From: Scyliorhinus canicula
Taxonomy: Eukaryota
NCBI RefSeq assembly: GCF_902713615.1
Contig: NC_052158.1
Location: 39,237,729-39,301,728, forward strand
Length of the DNA: 64,000 nt
Direction of reading: 5' to 3'
Of this stretch, positions 45,870-58,639 are shown piece by piece. A model generated the notes under the pieces. It was given only the letters and a program-made list of their open reading frames with translations. It searched no databases and was not told the DNA's origin. The position numbers and the translations under genes are program-made. Position 1 is the stretch's first letter; each line of letters opens with the position of its first letter.

Positions 45870-46200
45870 CTTATCCTCATAATCTTGTACAATCTTTATT
45901 TTCGGATAGAATTCCAATTTCCTTTTGTATACCTCAATAAAACCTCCACCACCCCCTCAGGAAGTTCATTCCAGACTCCAACCGCCCTCTGGATGTAAAC
46001 ATTTTCCTCACATCACTTCTACTCCTTTTGTCCATTATTGTCAATCCGTGCCCTCTCGTTCTTGATGTTCTCTTGAGTGAGAACATTTTCCACTCATTAC
46101 CCTGTCCGTACCCCTCAGCATCTTGATTACCTCCATCAGGTTTCCTCTCAGCCTTCATTTCTCCAAATAAAACAGATCTAACCTCTCCAATCAATCCTCA
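45870..46200 (-). mobile_element. Degenerate CR1 3' fragment
   Basis: RTRGHGL..RSDVRKMF matches the CR1 ORF2 C-terminus. Confidence 0.7.
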
Positions 46201-46272
46201 CAGCTACAGTTCTTTCTCCCCGGAATCTTTGCAACTGTTCACTGAGCTGCTCTTTAATTGTTTGTTTTACAG

Positions 46273-46533
46273 ACACTAACTCATTGACTGTGATATACAC
46301 GGCGGTCTCCGGAATCAGAGGTTTTCCACAGGTTTCAAAAGCTGCGATGATCAATGGAGTTCAAGTTAATTATCATGACAGTAACACTCGACGGACTATC
46401 CCTAGGCTGCAAACTGTGGCAGACACTATCAATGAGGAATTCTGGGAGCGTCTCACTGATCTCAGCAACAAACAATCCGACATGGCGGGGGAGAGTCTGA
46501 ATATAATGATGAAGAACACAAACCAGACATCCG
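46273..46533 (+). CDS. MHC class I-like gene, exon 2 (alpha1)
   Basis: TTTTACAG acceptor, 261 nt, DTNSLTVIYTAVSG...EEFWERLT...TNQTS, donor GTAAGA; N86-type sequon NQT. Confidence 0.9.
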
Positions 46534-48589
46534 GTAAGATCAGTGATGTGGAATCTCTCAGTAACCCTCTGGTTTAATGTCTGTCAGACAGGTACCCAGC
46601 CACAGTCACACTGTAGACTGTGACACTGGGGTGTACAGTGTGTGGGACCATGAATCAGAGACACATGAAGGGTTATTCTGTTCATCCTCCCTATTCTGAT
46701 TGAGACCTTTACAAAGTTGTGTTGACATTGATGAAGATGAGGAGATGGGTTTGTGAATAAACAAGTTGAGAATATGGTGAGATGGTTGAGACCATCCAGG
46801 AAAGTGCAGTTTATTGGGTAATTGCTGTCTTCTTGCTGTGTCTCGATGTGTATTGATATATATGGGGGTGAGATTGATCTTCTCCAGGATTACAGAATGG
46901 ACAATGTGAATCCAGGAGACAGTGTGAAAGGAGAATGGGAATCTCTGTAAGAAATCTCTCCGTGAGATAAGGGATTGGAGATTATGGAGGGCAGAGGCAG
47001 TCACTCGTGGATGGGGATTGTGAGGAGAACTATCAACAGATATTAACACGACTGAGCACAAGTGCATGTGAGAGGAGATTGTGATATTCCTGCTCACAAA
47101 AAGACTGATTAACCATTTGTACTGAGGAGAGTGGAATTGTGGTTATGCATTCACTGTATCACTGTTATAGTGATTAACCGCAGAATGATACTGGTTTGGG
47201 AACACTTTAGAAGCTCTGGATGTGATCTACTGGCCACGTCCTGCCTGAAATGGGACGCGACTAGGCAAGTAGATGCCGGGAGAGATCTATTCCAGGATAT
47301 ACCAGCTCGCCACGCCTCACGTGATCTAATGGGACCTTGTGAGGCTTCGCGAGGAGTGGTGGATGAGGGTTGAGGTGAGGGGTTGGGGTTTGAGGCGGGT
47401 CATCACTTAAAGATTTTGTACAACAAAATTAAATATTGTACACAACTCAAAATTCCTATTTGTATTTAAAGTAGTGTATAAACAGCAGTTTCTAAATTGT
47501 CACTATACCCGAAGGAGACACAATTCTGATAACATTCTGTGTGGGTGTACCAGAGGCTCGAGAATCCTGGACTCATCAATATAAATGTAAGGAACTAAAC
47601 ATGGAGATTGATGTAAAATAGGATGTTGACTCCCCTCTCATCCTGTTTATTATCCTTAAAAAATCTGGGAAATAAAGCCGTGGGCGAGATTCTCCCATCG
47701 GGAGACTGTGCCGATGCCGGAGTGAAAACCGGAGTGTTTCACTCCGGCGTCGGGGGCCGATCCTCGCCTTCTTTTCTCCCACCCCCGGGGGGCTAGGAGT
47801 GGCGCTGCGTCATTTACCAAGTCCTGTTGATAATATCGTGAGTGTAAAATGGGCAGATGCCATTTACGGTATATTGTGGCTTTGTGTCAGAAAAGTCAGA
47901 TTGGTAGGGTTGTATCAACGACAGAGTTGCAATGTTTTGTAACTGCAGTGATTCGTTTGGAGCCACTTTCCCCGCATCAGTTGATGCTATGCCATCAATT
48001 ACCCTGAGAGAATCAGCGTTGGGACCCCAACTAATTGAGAACGTTTGAGTTGTGGCAGTCACTGCTGTAATGTGTGCAATAATATCAAATGAGAGAGCAG
48101 TCCTGAGGGACCAAATGGCCGACTCCTGCTCCTAATACGTAGGGTTGCATGTAATTTGATGGATGAGATGAGCTGGGCTGTATGGCCTTTGCCATCTACA
48201 ATTAGCTTGCAAACAGAGTCTGGTGTTCTGTTTATTTTGTTGTTAATGGACGTTTACTGAACAGGCTTTGAGGGGCAAAATTACCAGGACAGCAATGCGG
48301 AATGAACTACTTGTGAATCAGTAACCTGTTTTACATGGCGCACAATTCTCAAAAGACTTTTCCATTGACTTTAATCTTGTCCTTTAGTCTATTTGACTAT
48401 TATCGCACTCTATCTTGGTTCTTTTTCAGATTTTTGAGGGATTGAAATATTGTGATTAAGTTGTGTTGCATCATTGATATTGGAAATATATTGGAGTGAG
48501 GAGCAACAATCAGTGGAATCTTCAGATTTGTCGATCAGGGAAAACACAGATGCAACTGCATTCAATCTCTGTGCTCTGGCCTCTTAATA

Positions 48590-48877
48590 ATAATAATATT
48601 CTTTAATAGTGTTACAAGGAGGCAATGAAGTTACTGTAAAAATCCCCTTGTCGCCACACTCCGGTACTTGTGCGCTGATGGAAAATTCGAAATGTCCAAT
48701 TCACCTAACAGCACGTCTTTCGGGATTTTTGGGAGGAAACCGGAGCACCCGGAGGAAACTCACGTAGACACAGGGAGAACGTGCACAATACGCACAGACA
48801 ATGACCCAAGCTGGGAATTGAACCCGGGTCCCTGACGCTGTGAAGCAACAATGCTAAACATTCTGCCATTGTGCCGC
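48590..48877 (-). mobile_element. tRNA-derived SINE variant with (TTA)n tail
   Basis: SINE body on the minus strand ending in a TAA-repeat tail. Confidence 0.75.
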
Positions 48878-49559
48878 ACAAATTGTGTCACACAGAGATA
48901 CCTGAGGGCTCCAACTCTTCTCACTAACAGAGAAGAATGATGTCGTTCAATTATTCCTTGTTGTTTCTCAGGCGGCATTTGATCTTTTTGTCCTGTTGAT
49001 AAAAGAGAACCCAATTGCACGTCTTGTATGAAATCCGAGGGCGGACTTTTCCATGCAACCTGCCATATGTTTGGTGGTGGCAGAGGAAGCTCGCTATCGG
49101 CTAGTAGCTGGATCTTCTGGTCCCGCTGTTGCCAAAAGGGTTTTCCGTTGAATGCACCCCTCACCGCCGGTAAACCCGTGGCGTAGGTTTGCCATCGGTG
49201 GATGTAAAGGTCCCGCCGAGGTGAAGGGCAGGAAGATCTCGCCTATTAGTTTAAATATGGTCATGCAGTCAGGCAGGAAACAGTCTTCGACTCCTTGGAC
49301 AGAATGGAAAAGATCATGTGCAGTTTATCTGGGTTGTAAGAGTTGAATATTTCCGCGGGAATATGAATTTCGTGTCACCGTGTCCTTACGATGCAATGTA
49401 AAGAACATGTTAATGAGGGCTGAAGCAGTCAGTGAAATCAGCGTTAGTAAAGTCGGATTGTTCCAAATGACCATAGGCTGCTTTCCCTGTTGAGGGGGGA
49501 GAGCTGACTGATGGTGATTTAACCTCCGGGTCACCACATCTCAGATGAGAGGCAAGGTT

Positions 49560-50150
49560 CAGAAGTCGGGGCCGCCACGTGATACCAAGAAATAGCAGAA
49601 GGCACTGTTTGGAGTCATACCTAGCACAAAGGAAGATAGTTGCGTTTGTTGGAGGTTAGTCATCTCCGATCCAGACCATCACTGCAACAGTTCCTTGTGA
49701 TAGTGTTCTAGGTCCAACCATCGGCAGCAGCTTCATCAGTGATCTTCCTTCCATTGTAAGATAAGGAGTGGGGATGTTGGCTGAAGACTGCACAGTATTC
49801 AGCACCATTCAGGACTCCTCAAATGCTGAAACAGCCATGTCCAAATGTAGCAAAACCTGGATAGCATCTAGTCTTGGGCTCACAACTGGCCAGTTACATT
49901 TACACACAAGTGCCAGGCAACAAACGTCTCCTACAAGTGAGAATCCAACTATCTCCTATTTGACATTCAACGGCATTACCATTACTGACTCCCCAGTAAT
50001 AACATCCTGAGGATTACCATTGATCAGAAACTGAGCTGGATTAGCCATATATATGTTGTGGTTAAAAGAGCAGCAAGTAACTCAACTCCTGACTCTCCAA
50101 AGCCTGTCCACCATCAACAAGGCACAACTTAGCAATGTGATGGAAGATAT
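49560..50150 (+). mobile_element. Degenerate non-LTR retrotransposon RT fragment
   Basis: GMLAEDCTVFSTIQDSS (FADD-like), LTFNGITITDSP. Confidence 0.65.
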
Positions 50151-51018
50151 TGTTATGATAGGGAGATGTTAGGAAATTAGATTGACGATGTAGTGGGAAA
50201 TTTAGGGGTTAACTGAGGATAAAACTGTGAACACTGAATCCAAGGTATATGCCCACACCTGGCCTGAGTTACATTGTGCCATTCAGACTTAAACTTGCTA
50301 ATGGGAGTAAATAGGATACCCCTGTTCAGTCGGGGTGATTCACTTGAGGACGATTGCCCTCCGGGACACTCTGATCTGACCAGCTATTAGCCCATTACAG
50401 AGCCTGATTGCCTCTTTTGTCTGTAAATTGCAGATTCATAACATGGTCCTGTTTATTTGTTGAAACGGGACCAGGCAATCAAAAGTCCAGATAGCAATGT
50501 TGAGTTCAAGTCTGGACACGCCAGGACAGAACCATTGTTTGAGAGGCTGGTCAGAGCTGAGCAAGAGAAAAGAATCCTTTTTGAACAGATGGAGGCAGAA
50601 GGGTTTGGAAAGCCACGAGAGAGGTCATGGAACGCTGCCAGAGAGACAGGCTTTCTGAAAGGGGTCTGAAGAAGCTACACAAGCAACAGGAATATATTCT
50701 GTGCATGCAAGTATCATTGTTGCCTGCCTGTCTAAGTGGAGTTGAGCGCTGTAAGTTCATTTTAAGTGCTGTTCAATGCAATATTGAGTGTTGCTGTGAA
50801 AAGATACAAGTTCTTTCCAGGTTTGAAGGTTAAAAGTTTAAATATTGTTTCTTTTGTTTGAATAAAGTTTTGTTTGTAAAAATAACCGAGCTCCATTTCT
50901 TATGCAATCACTCCTGGAGCGAATCGATCTTTCCGCACAGTAAAACTAATCAAAAAAACATTGAGGTTCTGCTCTAGTATCTTAGCCACTGTTGGGATCT
51001 GACCAGGCCTTGGTAACA
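50151..51018 (+). mobile_element. Solo LTR (868 bp) in MHC intron 2
   Basis: TGTTAT...GGTAACA termini, 4-bp TSD ATAT (50147-50150, 51019-51022), AATAAA ~50860. Confidence 0.75.
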
Positions 51019-51277
51019 ATATCCATTGGGAGAGGATGGGAAAATGAAGTTCAGTCATCATCATATTGAATGGTGCAGTATGTTTGAGGATGTGTGTCGC
51101 CCACCTGCTGCATCATCTTCGATTCTTCACTCTGATTTCTACCCCTTATCCAGTTTAGTTTACATCCTGCTGCTTCCTATCTTATTCCATGGCTTCCAGT
51201 TTTGCCAACAAGCAATGTCTGTTCTTCACTTTAATGATCAGTTCACTGAACATTGATCATCATTCACTCTCTGACAG

Positions 51278-51553
51278 GAATCCACATTTATCAATGGATA
51301 ACGATTGTCGAGGTCACTGAAGACGGCTCTATTCGGAGATCGATGCGAGTTGGATTTGATGGGAAGGATTATATTAGTTTGGAGCCAGACAGAATGAGAT
51401 GGGTCGCATCCAATCACATCGCAGTGAAGACCAAAGAGAAATGGGATTCGGATCAATCCTGGAACAAATATTGGGAGTGGAGTATGGAAGTAGTCGGTGT
51501 CCAGAATTTAAACAAATATTTAGAAGCTGGAAAGGAGTATTTTGGACAGAAAG
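51278..51553 (+). CDS. MHC class I-like gene, exon 3 (alpha2)
   Basis: 276 nt, phase 1-1, GIHIYQW...GFDGKDYI...KTKEKW...KYLEAGKEY; donor GTATTG. Confidence 0.92.
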
Positions 51554-51669
51554 GTATTGAATTCAGTTTTGATCCATGTTCTGATCTATCTTCACTGATC
51601 TATCAAACCGTTCTCCCATTCCATTCAGTGTCTGTCTATTGTTTGTGTTTTCACCCTTTCCCATTACAG

Positions 51670-51948
51670 TTCAGCCTGAAGTCTTCATCTCCAGAAGTGA
51701 GGCCAATAGTCAGTACAAGCCGCTCACTCTCTCCTGCCTGGTTACTGGGTTTTATCCTGTAGACATCGAGGTGACCTGGCTAAGGAATGGAGAGGTAATG
51801 TCTGAGACACAATCCTCGGGGCTTCGACCGAACCACGATGGGAGCCATCAGATCCAGAAAGAGATTGAAATAAATGCTGGGGATGAGGATCAATACTCCT
51901 GTCAAATTGAACACAGCAGCCTGGCAGAGCCCAAGCTCCATCAGTGGG
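51670..51948 (+). CDS. MHC class I-like gene, exon 4 (alpha3, Ig C1 domain)
   Basis: 279 nt; LSCLVTGFYP, VTWLRNG, YSCQIEHSSL; canonical splice sites. Confidence 0.95.
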
Positions 51949-52996
51949 GTAAGGAACTGGACTGGGTATATATGTGTGTGTGTAACAGGATGAGGCCATT
52001 CTGCCCTTTGACTCTGTTCCTCCATTCATTCACATCCTGACTGATCTGTCCCTCAGCTCCATTTATCCACTATTGCTCCATATCTGTCGCTGTTCTGATC
52101 CAATAAAACTCTCTCTATCTCAGTCTGGAACATGTCCATTAACCCCCAGCTCCCACAGCCTTTTGGTGGAGAGAGCTCCAGATTTCCATTGCCCTTTTTG
52201 TGAGCAATTGCTTCCTGATATCACTCCTCAATGTCCTCAGTCTAATGTGAAAATGATGCTCTCTTATTCCAGATTCCACCACCAGAGAAAATAGTTTCTC
52301 AGTATCGACCCTATCGAATCCCTTTATCATTTTAAACATCTGGATCAGATCCTCCTTCACCCTGTTAAACACAGGGAAATACATGGTCAGCTTTATATAA
52401 CCTGCCCTCAGAACTGAGAGAATCCAGCTCAATGAAAAGGCTTCACAAATGCCCAGAGATTAAGTTCCTGACCCTTTGGCCGAGATCTACCGGCTGCATT
52501 GCGTCTGAAATGCAGTGTGACGCAACCGGTAGATGCCGCGGGATATCATCCACGGGATCTACCCTCCACGCCTCAGGAGATCTAAAGCGATCTCGCGGAA
52601 TGTCACGACCTGAATCCTGCCCATTGTGGGCGGGATCACTTTCTAGCAAATCTACCTAATTAGCATGCGAGAGCAAGTCTCACTTTAATATGCGTTCCCG
52701 AAATCTAATCCCGTCACCTGGAGACCTCGGGCGAGTGTTCTTCAATGCTGCTCAATGCTCCGAGCACCAGGCAACACCGGCTAATTGTGCTCTACAGGAC
52801 TCTGACCCCATTGGGTAGATCGCACAAGAATTAGCAGATCTCAGGGAGACGGAATGGCCTTTGTGAAGGGGAGCTCTTGTCTGACTCATCTCACTGGAGG
52901 ATAAGGGAGTGTCTATGGGTCTGATCCAGGTGGAATTCCAGAAGGTCAGGAATCTTGGTACAAAGAGAAAATCCTGATCCTTTTCCAATGTTTCAG

Positions 52997-53116
52997 AAAT
53001 ACGGGAAAACAGTGTGCGACACCATCAACTTGTCATTATAATGGTACCACTGATCCTGGCACTGGCTGTTATATTCGGGATAATTGGAATAATCAGAAGG
53101 TGCATACATCGAAGAG
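52997..53116 (+). CDS. MHC class I-like gene, exon 5 (connecting peptide and TM)
   Basis: TTTCAG acceptor, 120 nt, LVIIMVPLILALAVIFGIIGII then RRCIHRR, donor GTAAGA. Confidence 0.88.
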
Positions 53117-53136
53117 GTAAGAATCCGAGTGATTGG

Positions 53137-54905
53137 AATGTAGAACTGAGGGGACAGAGTGAGTGTGGGGGAATCCCCAGTACTGGGAGTACAGGACACT
53201 GAGAGGGGAGAGAGGGGGGAATGTAGAACTGAGGGGACAGACTGAGTGTGGGGAATCCCCAGTACTGGGAGTACAGGACACTGAGAGGGGAGAGAGAGGG
53301 GAATGTAGAACTGAGGGGACAGACTGAGTGTGGGGAATCCCCAGTACTGGGAGTACAGGACACTGAGAGGGGAGAGAGGGGGGAATGTAGAACTGAGGGG
53401 ACAGAGTGAGTGAGGGGGAATACCCAGTACTGGGAGTACAGGACACAGAGAGGGAGAGAGAGAGGGAATGTAGAACTGAGGGGACAGAGTGAGTGTGGGG
53501 GAATCCCCAGTACTGGGAGTACAGGACACTGAGAGGGGAGAGAGAGGGGAATGTGGAACTGAGGGGACAGAGTGAGTGTGGGGGAATCCCCAGTACTGGG
53601 AGTACAGGACACTGAGAGGGGAGAGAGAGAGAGGGGAATGTAGAACTGAGGGGACAGAGCGAGTGTGGGGGAATCCCCAGTACTGGGAGTACAGGACACT
53701 GAGAGGGGAGAGAGAGAGAGAGAGAGGGGAATGTAGAACCCAGGGGACAGAGTGAGTGTGGGAGAATCCCCAGTACTGGGAGTACAGGACACTGAGAGGG
53801 GAGAGTGAGGGGAATGTAGAACTGAGGGGACAGGGTGAGTGTGAGGGAATCCAGTACTGGGAGTACAGGATACTGAGAGGGGAGAGAGAGGGGAATGTAG
53901 AACTGAGGGGACAGAGTGAGTGTGGGGGGAATCCCCAGTACTGGGAGTACAGGACACTGAGAGGGGAGAGTGAGGGGAATGTAGAACTGAGGGGACAGAG
54001 TGAGTGTGGGGGAATCCCCAGTACTGGGAGTACAGGACACTGAGAGGGGAGAGAGAGAGAGAGGGAATGTAGCACTGAGGGGACAGAGTGAGTGTGGGGG
54101 GAATCCCCAGTACTGGGAGTACAGGGCACTGAGAGGGGAGAGAGAGAGGAGGGGAATGTAGAACTGAGGGGACAGAGTGAGTGTCGGGGAATCCCCAGTA
54201 CTGGGAGTACAGGACACTGAGAGGGGAGAGAGAGAGGGGAATGTAGAACTGAGGGGACAGAGCGAGTGTGGGGGAATCCCCAGTACTGGGAGTACAGGAC
54301 ACTGAGAGGGGAGAGAGAGGGGAATGTAGAACTGAGGGGACAGAGTGAGTGTGGGGGAATCCCCAGTACTGGGAGTACAGGACACTGAGAGGGGAGAGAG
54401 AGGGGAATGTAGAACTGAGGGGACAGAGTGAGTGTGGGGGAGGGGGAATCCCCAGTACTGGGAGGACAGGACACTGAGAGGGGAGAGAGAGAGGGGAATG
54501 TAGAACTGAGGGGACAGAGTGAGTGTGGGGGGATCCCCAGTACTGGGAGTACAGGACACTGAGAGGGGAGAGAGAGGGGAATGTGGAACTGAGGGGACAG
54601 AGTGAGTGTGGGGGAGGGGGAATCCCCAGTACTGGGAGGACAGGACACTGAGAGGGGAGAGAGAGAGGGGAATGTAGAACTGAGGGGACAGAGTGAGTGT
54701 GGGGGGATCCCCAGTACTGGGAGTACAGGACACTGAGAGGGGAGAGAGAGGGGAATGTAGAACTGAGGGGACAGAGTGAGTGTGGGGGAATCCCCAGTAC
54801 TGGGAGTACAGGACACTGAGAGGGGAGAGAGAGGGGAATGTAGAACTGAGGGGACAGAGTGAGTGTGGGGGAATCCCCAGTACTGGGAGTACAGGACACT
54901 GAGAG
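53137..54905. repeat. ~82-bp G-rich minisatellite, ~21 copies, in MHC intron 5
   Basis: Unit GTAGAACTGAGGGGACAGAGTGAGTGTGGGGGAATCCCCAGTACTGGGAGTACAGGACACTGAGAGGGGAGAGAGAGGGGAAT with a variable (GA)n part. Confidence 0.97.
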
Positions 54906-54934
54906 GAGAGAGTTAAGGTTAAACAGGGGGCACA

Positions 54935-56300
54935 CTCACCCTCCGATCCCTCACCTTCCGAACCCTCACCCTCCGAACCCTCACCCTCCGAACCCTCACC
55001 CTCCGATCCCTCACCCTCCGATCCCTCACCCTCCGATCCCTCACCTTCCAATCCTGGAGTCAGTGACTCGGGCACATTAGAAATAGCAGCAGGTAGAGGC
55101 CAACGATTCACAAATCTCGGAGAGAAGCCATTTCCCATCATCACAATCCTCCTCTCCCTCAGCCTTCACTCATTCTGCCTCCTCACAGCCTCCACTCATT
55201 CTGCCTCCTCTCCCTCAGCCTCCACTCATTCCACCTCCTCTCCCTCAGCCTCCACTCATTCCGCCTCCTCTCCCTCAGCCTCCACTCACTCTGCCTCCTC
55301 TCCCTCAGCCCTCACTCATTCTGCCTCCTCTCAGCCTCCACTCATTCCGCCTCCTCTCCCTCAGCCTCCACTCATTCCGCCTCCACTCATTCCGCCTTCT
55401 CTCCTTCAGCCTCCACTCATTCTGCCTCCTCTCCCTCAGCCCTCACTCATTCTGCCTCCTCTCAGCCTCCACTCATTCCGCCTCCTCTCCCTCAGCCTCC
55501 ACTCATTCCACCTCCTCTCCCTCAGCCTCCACTCATTCCGCCTCCACTCATTCCACCTCCTCTCCCTCAGCCTCCACTCATTCCGCCTCCACTCACTCTG
55601 CCTCCTCTCCCTCAGCCTCCACTCATTCCGCCTCCTCTCCCTCAGCCTCCACTCATTCTGCCTCCTCTCCCTCAGCCTCCACTCATTCCGCCTCCTCTCC
55701 CTCAGCCTTCACTCATTCTGCCTCCTCTCCCTCAGCCTCCACTCATTCCGCCTCCTCTCCTTCAGCCTCCACTCATTCCGCCTCCTCTCCCTCAGCCTTC
55801 ACTCATTCTGCCTCCTCTCCCTCAGCCTCCACTCATTCCACCTCCTCTCCCTCAGCCTCCACTCACTCCGCCTCCTCTCACTCAGCTTCCACACCCTCCT
55901 CCATCACTCTCGCTCCCTGTGTCTCCACTCCCTCAGACTCCATTCCATCAGTTTCCATCCCTTCACCCTCCACTCCCTCCTCCTCCACTGCTTTATTCTT
56001 CCTCATCACCCTCCACTCCCTCCTCCTCCACTCCTGCCTTCTCTTTTCCTCAGCCTCCACTCCCTCAACTTTTTCCTTTGATATCCCTGAATTCCTCCCT
56101 CCCCTCCCCTCCACTTCCACACTCTCACCCTCCATTCCCTCACCGATTCACTCACCGTCCATTCTGACACTGTCAACTGCATCATGCACCAGTCCCTCAC
56201 CCTCAACTCCCCTTCCACTCCTTCACTCCCCACTCACTCAACCCCCCCCTACTCCCTCAACTTCCACTCTCTCGCCCCCCCACTCCCTCGTCCTCCAAAG
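54935..56300. repeat. C/T-rich tandem arrays (15-bp unit 54935-55050; ~30-bp unit 55150-55880) and low-complexity sequence
   Basis: TCACCCTCCGA(A/T)CCC and TCAGCCTCCACTCATTCCGCCTCCTCTCCC units visible. Confidence 0.92.
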
Positions 56301-56394
56301 TCTCATAGTTACCATGTGTGAGCCAGTTTAGTTAATGTTGGCAGCTGAGTGAATCGTGGATTTAGTGAGAGATAAAGAAAATCTCACACACTTG

Positions 56395-57313
56395 GGGCGG
56401 GATTCTCTCAGCCCTGGGCCGGGCCGGAGAATCCCCACGACCGGGCCACGCTGGCCCGACGCCGGCACGTGATTGTCTGCAGAGCGGAGAATCGGCACCG
56501 TTGGTACCAGGGTGGTTGCCGTGGCGCTGGTCGGGGGCCGTTCTACGTCGCCGGCCCGCCGATTCTCGGGCCGGGATGGGCCGTGCGGCAGTCATAAAAA
56601 CGCAGAGTCCTGCCGGCGCCTTTCCAATGTGCTCTCAGCCGGCGGGAAATCAGCTTTGAAGGGTCAAGTTGCGGCCTGTGGAGTGGGGACATTCAGTCCG
56701 GCCCTTGGGGGGGTCCTCTGATATGGCCTGGCCCGCGATCGGGGCCCACCGATCGGTGTGCCGTCCTCTCTGTCTCGTGGCCCCCTTTCTTCCACGCCGG
56801 CTCCTGTACTCCTGCCCCATGTTTTTATTTTTATTTTTTTTAAATAAATTTAGAGTACCCAATTATTTTTTCCAATTAAGGGGCAATTTAGTGTGGCCAA
56901 TCAACCTACTCTGCACATTTTTGGGTTGTGGGGGCGAAACCCACGCAGACACGGGGAGAACGTGCAAACTCCACACGGACAGTGACCCAGAGCCGGGATA
57001 GAACCTGGGACCTCAGCGCCGTGAGGCGGTTGTGCTACCCACGAGGCCACCGTGCTGCCCTCTCCTGCCCCATGTTGCGTCAGGGCCAGCGCAGACAAGG
57101 AAATCTCACCGGTGGAACTGTGCATGTGCGCAACCCCCGGCGCCCATTCCACGGCCTAATCAGCAGCTGGCGTGGCGTTGGTCACTTCAGTGCCATGCTG
57201 GCCCCCTGTAGGGGCCAGAATTGCTGATCTTGAGGCTGTGTTGATGCGTCAAGAAATGCAACGGCGTTTTCGACGGCGTCAACACTTAGCCTCAGGATCA
57301 GAGAATTCCGCCC
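56395..57313. mobile_element. Harbinger-like MITE with a nested SINE (~56826-57061, minus strand)
   Basis: TIRs GGGCGGGATTCTCT / AGAGAATTCCGCCC; flanks TTG / TCG (one mismatch). Confidence 0.75.
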
Positions 57314-57364
57314 TCGGTTTTTATATATTATTCTATTTCTCACATTCAGTTATTATTTTCTCAG

Positions 57365-57400
57365 CTCCTGATGCCCCTGTTCTGGAACCTTCAAGATTCA
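57365..57400 (+). CDS. MHC class I-like gene, putative exon 6 (cytoplasmic, APDAPVLEPSRF)
   Basis: TTTTCTCAG acceptor, 36 nt phase 1-1, donor GTGAGT. Confidence 0.6.
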
Positions 57401-57424
57401 GTGAGTAAAATTTTAATTTCTCTC

Positions 57425-57942
57425 CCGTTGATATCACTCCCCTCCTGACCCTGTCTCACTCTCCCAGACACTGTTAAACCTGTCAGACTAATTTCACTCC
57501 CTCCTGACCCTGTCTCACTCTCCCAGACACTGTTAAACCTGTCAGACTAATCTCACTCCCTCCTGACCCTGTCTCACCCTCCCAGACACTGTTAAACCTG
57601 TCAGACTAATTTCACTCCCTCCTGACCCTGTCTCACTCTCCCAGGCACTGTTAAACCTGTCAGACTAATTTCACTCCCTCCTGACCCTGTCTCACTCTCC
57701 CAGACACTGTTAAAACCTGTCAGACTAATTTCACTCCCCTCCTAACCCTGTCTCACTCTCCCAGACACTGTTAAACCTGTCAGACTAATTTCACTCCCTC
57801 CTGACCCTGTCTCACCCTCCCAGACACTGTTAAACCTGTCAGACTAATTTCACTCACTCCTGACCCTGTCTCACTCTCCCAGACACTGTTAAACCTGTCA
57901 GAATAATTTCACTCCCTCCTGACCCTGTCTCACCCTCCCAGA
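57425..57942. repeat. ~60-bp minisatellite, ~9 copies
   Basis: Unit CACTCCCTCCTGACCCTGTCTCACTCTCCCAGACACTGTTAAACCTGTCAGACTAATTT; cut off by the ERV LTR. Confidence 0.93.
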
Positions 57943-58621
57943 TGTAGAAGTGGATTTCATTTGGAACTTCGCTGATAGGGTTAATATAACAGTTCTGAAA
58001 AGCTCTGTGAAAGAGATGTCAACAGGTCAAGGGATGAAATAAAGGGAGTGTGTTCTGACCCGCATCTGTGAAAGAGATGTCAACAGGTCAAGGGATGAAA
58101 TAAAGGGAGTGTGTTCTGACCCGCATCTGTGAAAGCAGAGAGGTCAAAAAGTCAAAGAATGGAATGAATGGGAAACGTTACTTTATTGCAGAGATAACGT
58201 AATTAAGCTCGTTTGACCAGTTGGAACAAATAAACATTGAAATGTAAAAGGAAGGGCCTTGGAATGAGATAAGCCAGATGGCCATGGGATACAAAAACCT
58301 TTGTATTAATATTAATAGTGACTTGTGCTAATGATTATGTCAAAAATAACCTCCCGACCTCGAAGAATAATTCCATATATGTACATGTTCTGGATCCTTG
58401 CCAAATCATAGGTGTATCTAGGAATTTAAGGGGACCACCCCTAAGCTGTAAAATGTATAAAAATACCGTCCTTATTCTGGGATTTTGGCACTTCTCGAAG
58501 GTGGTTACCCGACTGCTTAGAGATTTGTCCCGGCCGTAAATAAACGAATATTCGTTACTGACGTGTTCGAGTGTTTTACTTCTGGACTGACGATCAGATA
58601 CGTGAAAGCGCAATTCACATT

Positions 58622-58639
58622 TGGTGGCCCGTACGGGGA
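58622..58639 (+). promoter_or_regulatory. Primer-binding site complementary to tRNA-Ile(AAU)
   Basis: TGGTGGCCCGTACGGGGA, 2 nt after the LTR CA; complements the vertebrate tRNA-Ile 3' end TCCCCGTACGGGCCACCA (from recall). Confidence 0.85.

Noticed and set aside
46606-47097. 163-aa minus-strand ORF in MHC intron 2
   Set aside because: No motif, non-ATG start and no supporting splice signals.
52993-55144. Three 600-680-aa ORFs on the minus strand
   Set aside because: Translations of the ~82-bp minisatellite, open in several frames and periodic; not genes.
55100-55145. GEKPF, resembling a C2H2 zinc-finger linker
   Set aside because: No flanking Cys/His pattern; probably chance.
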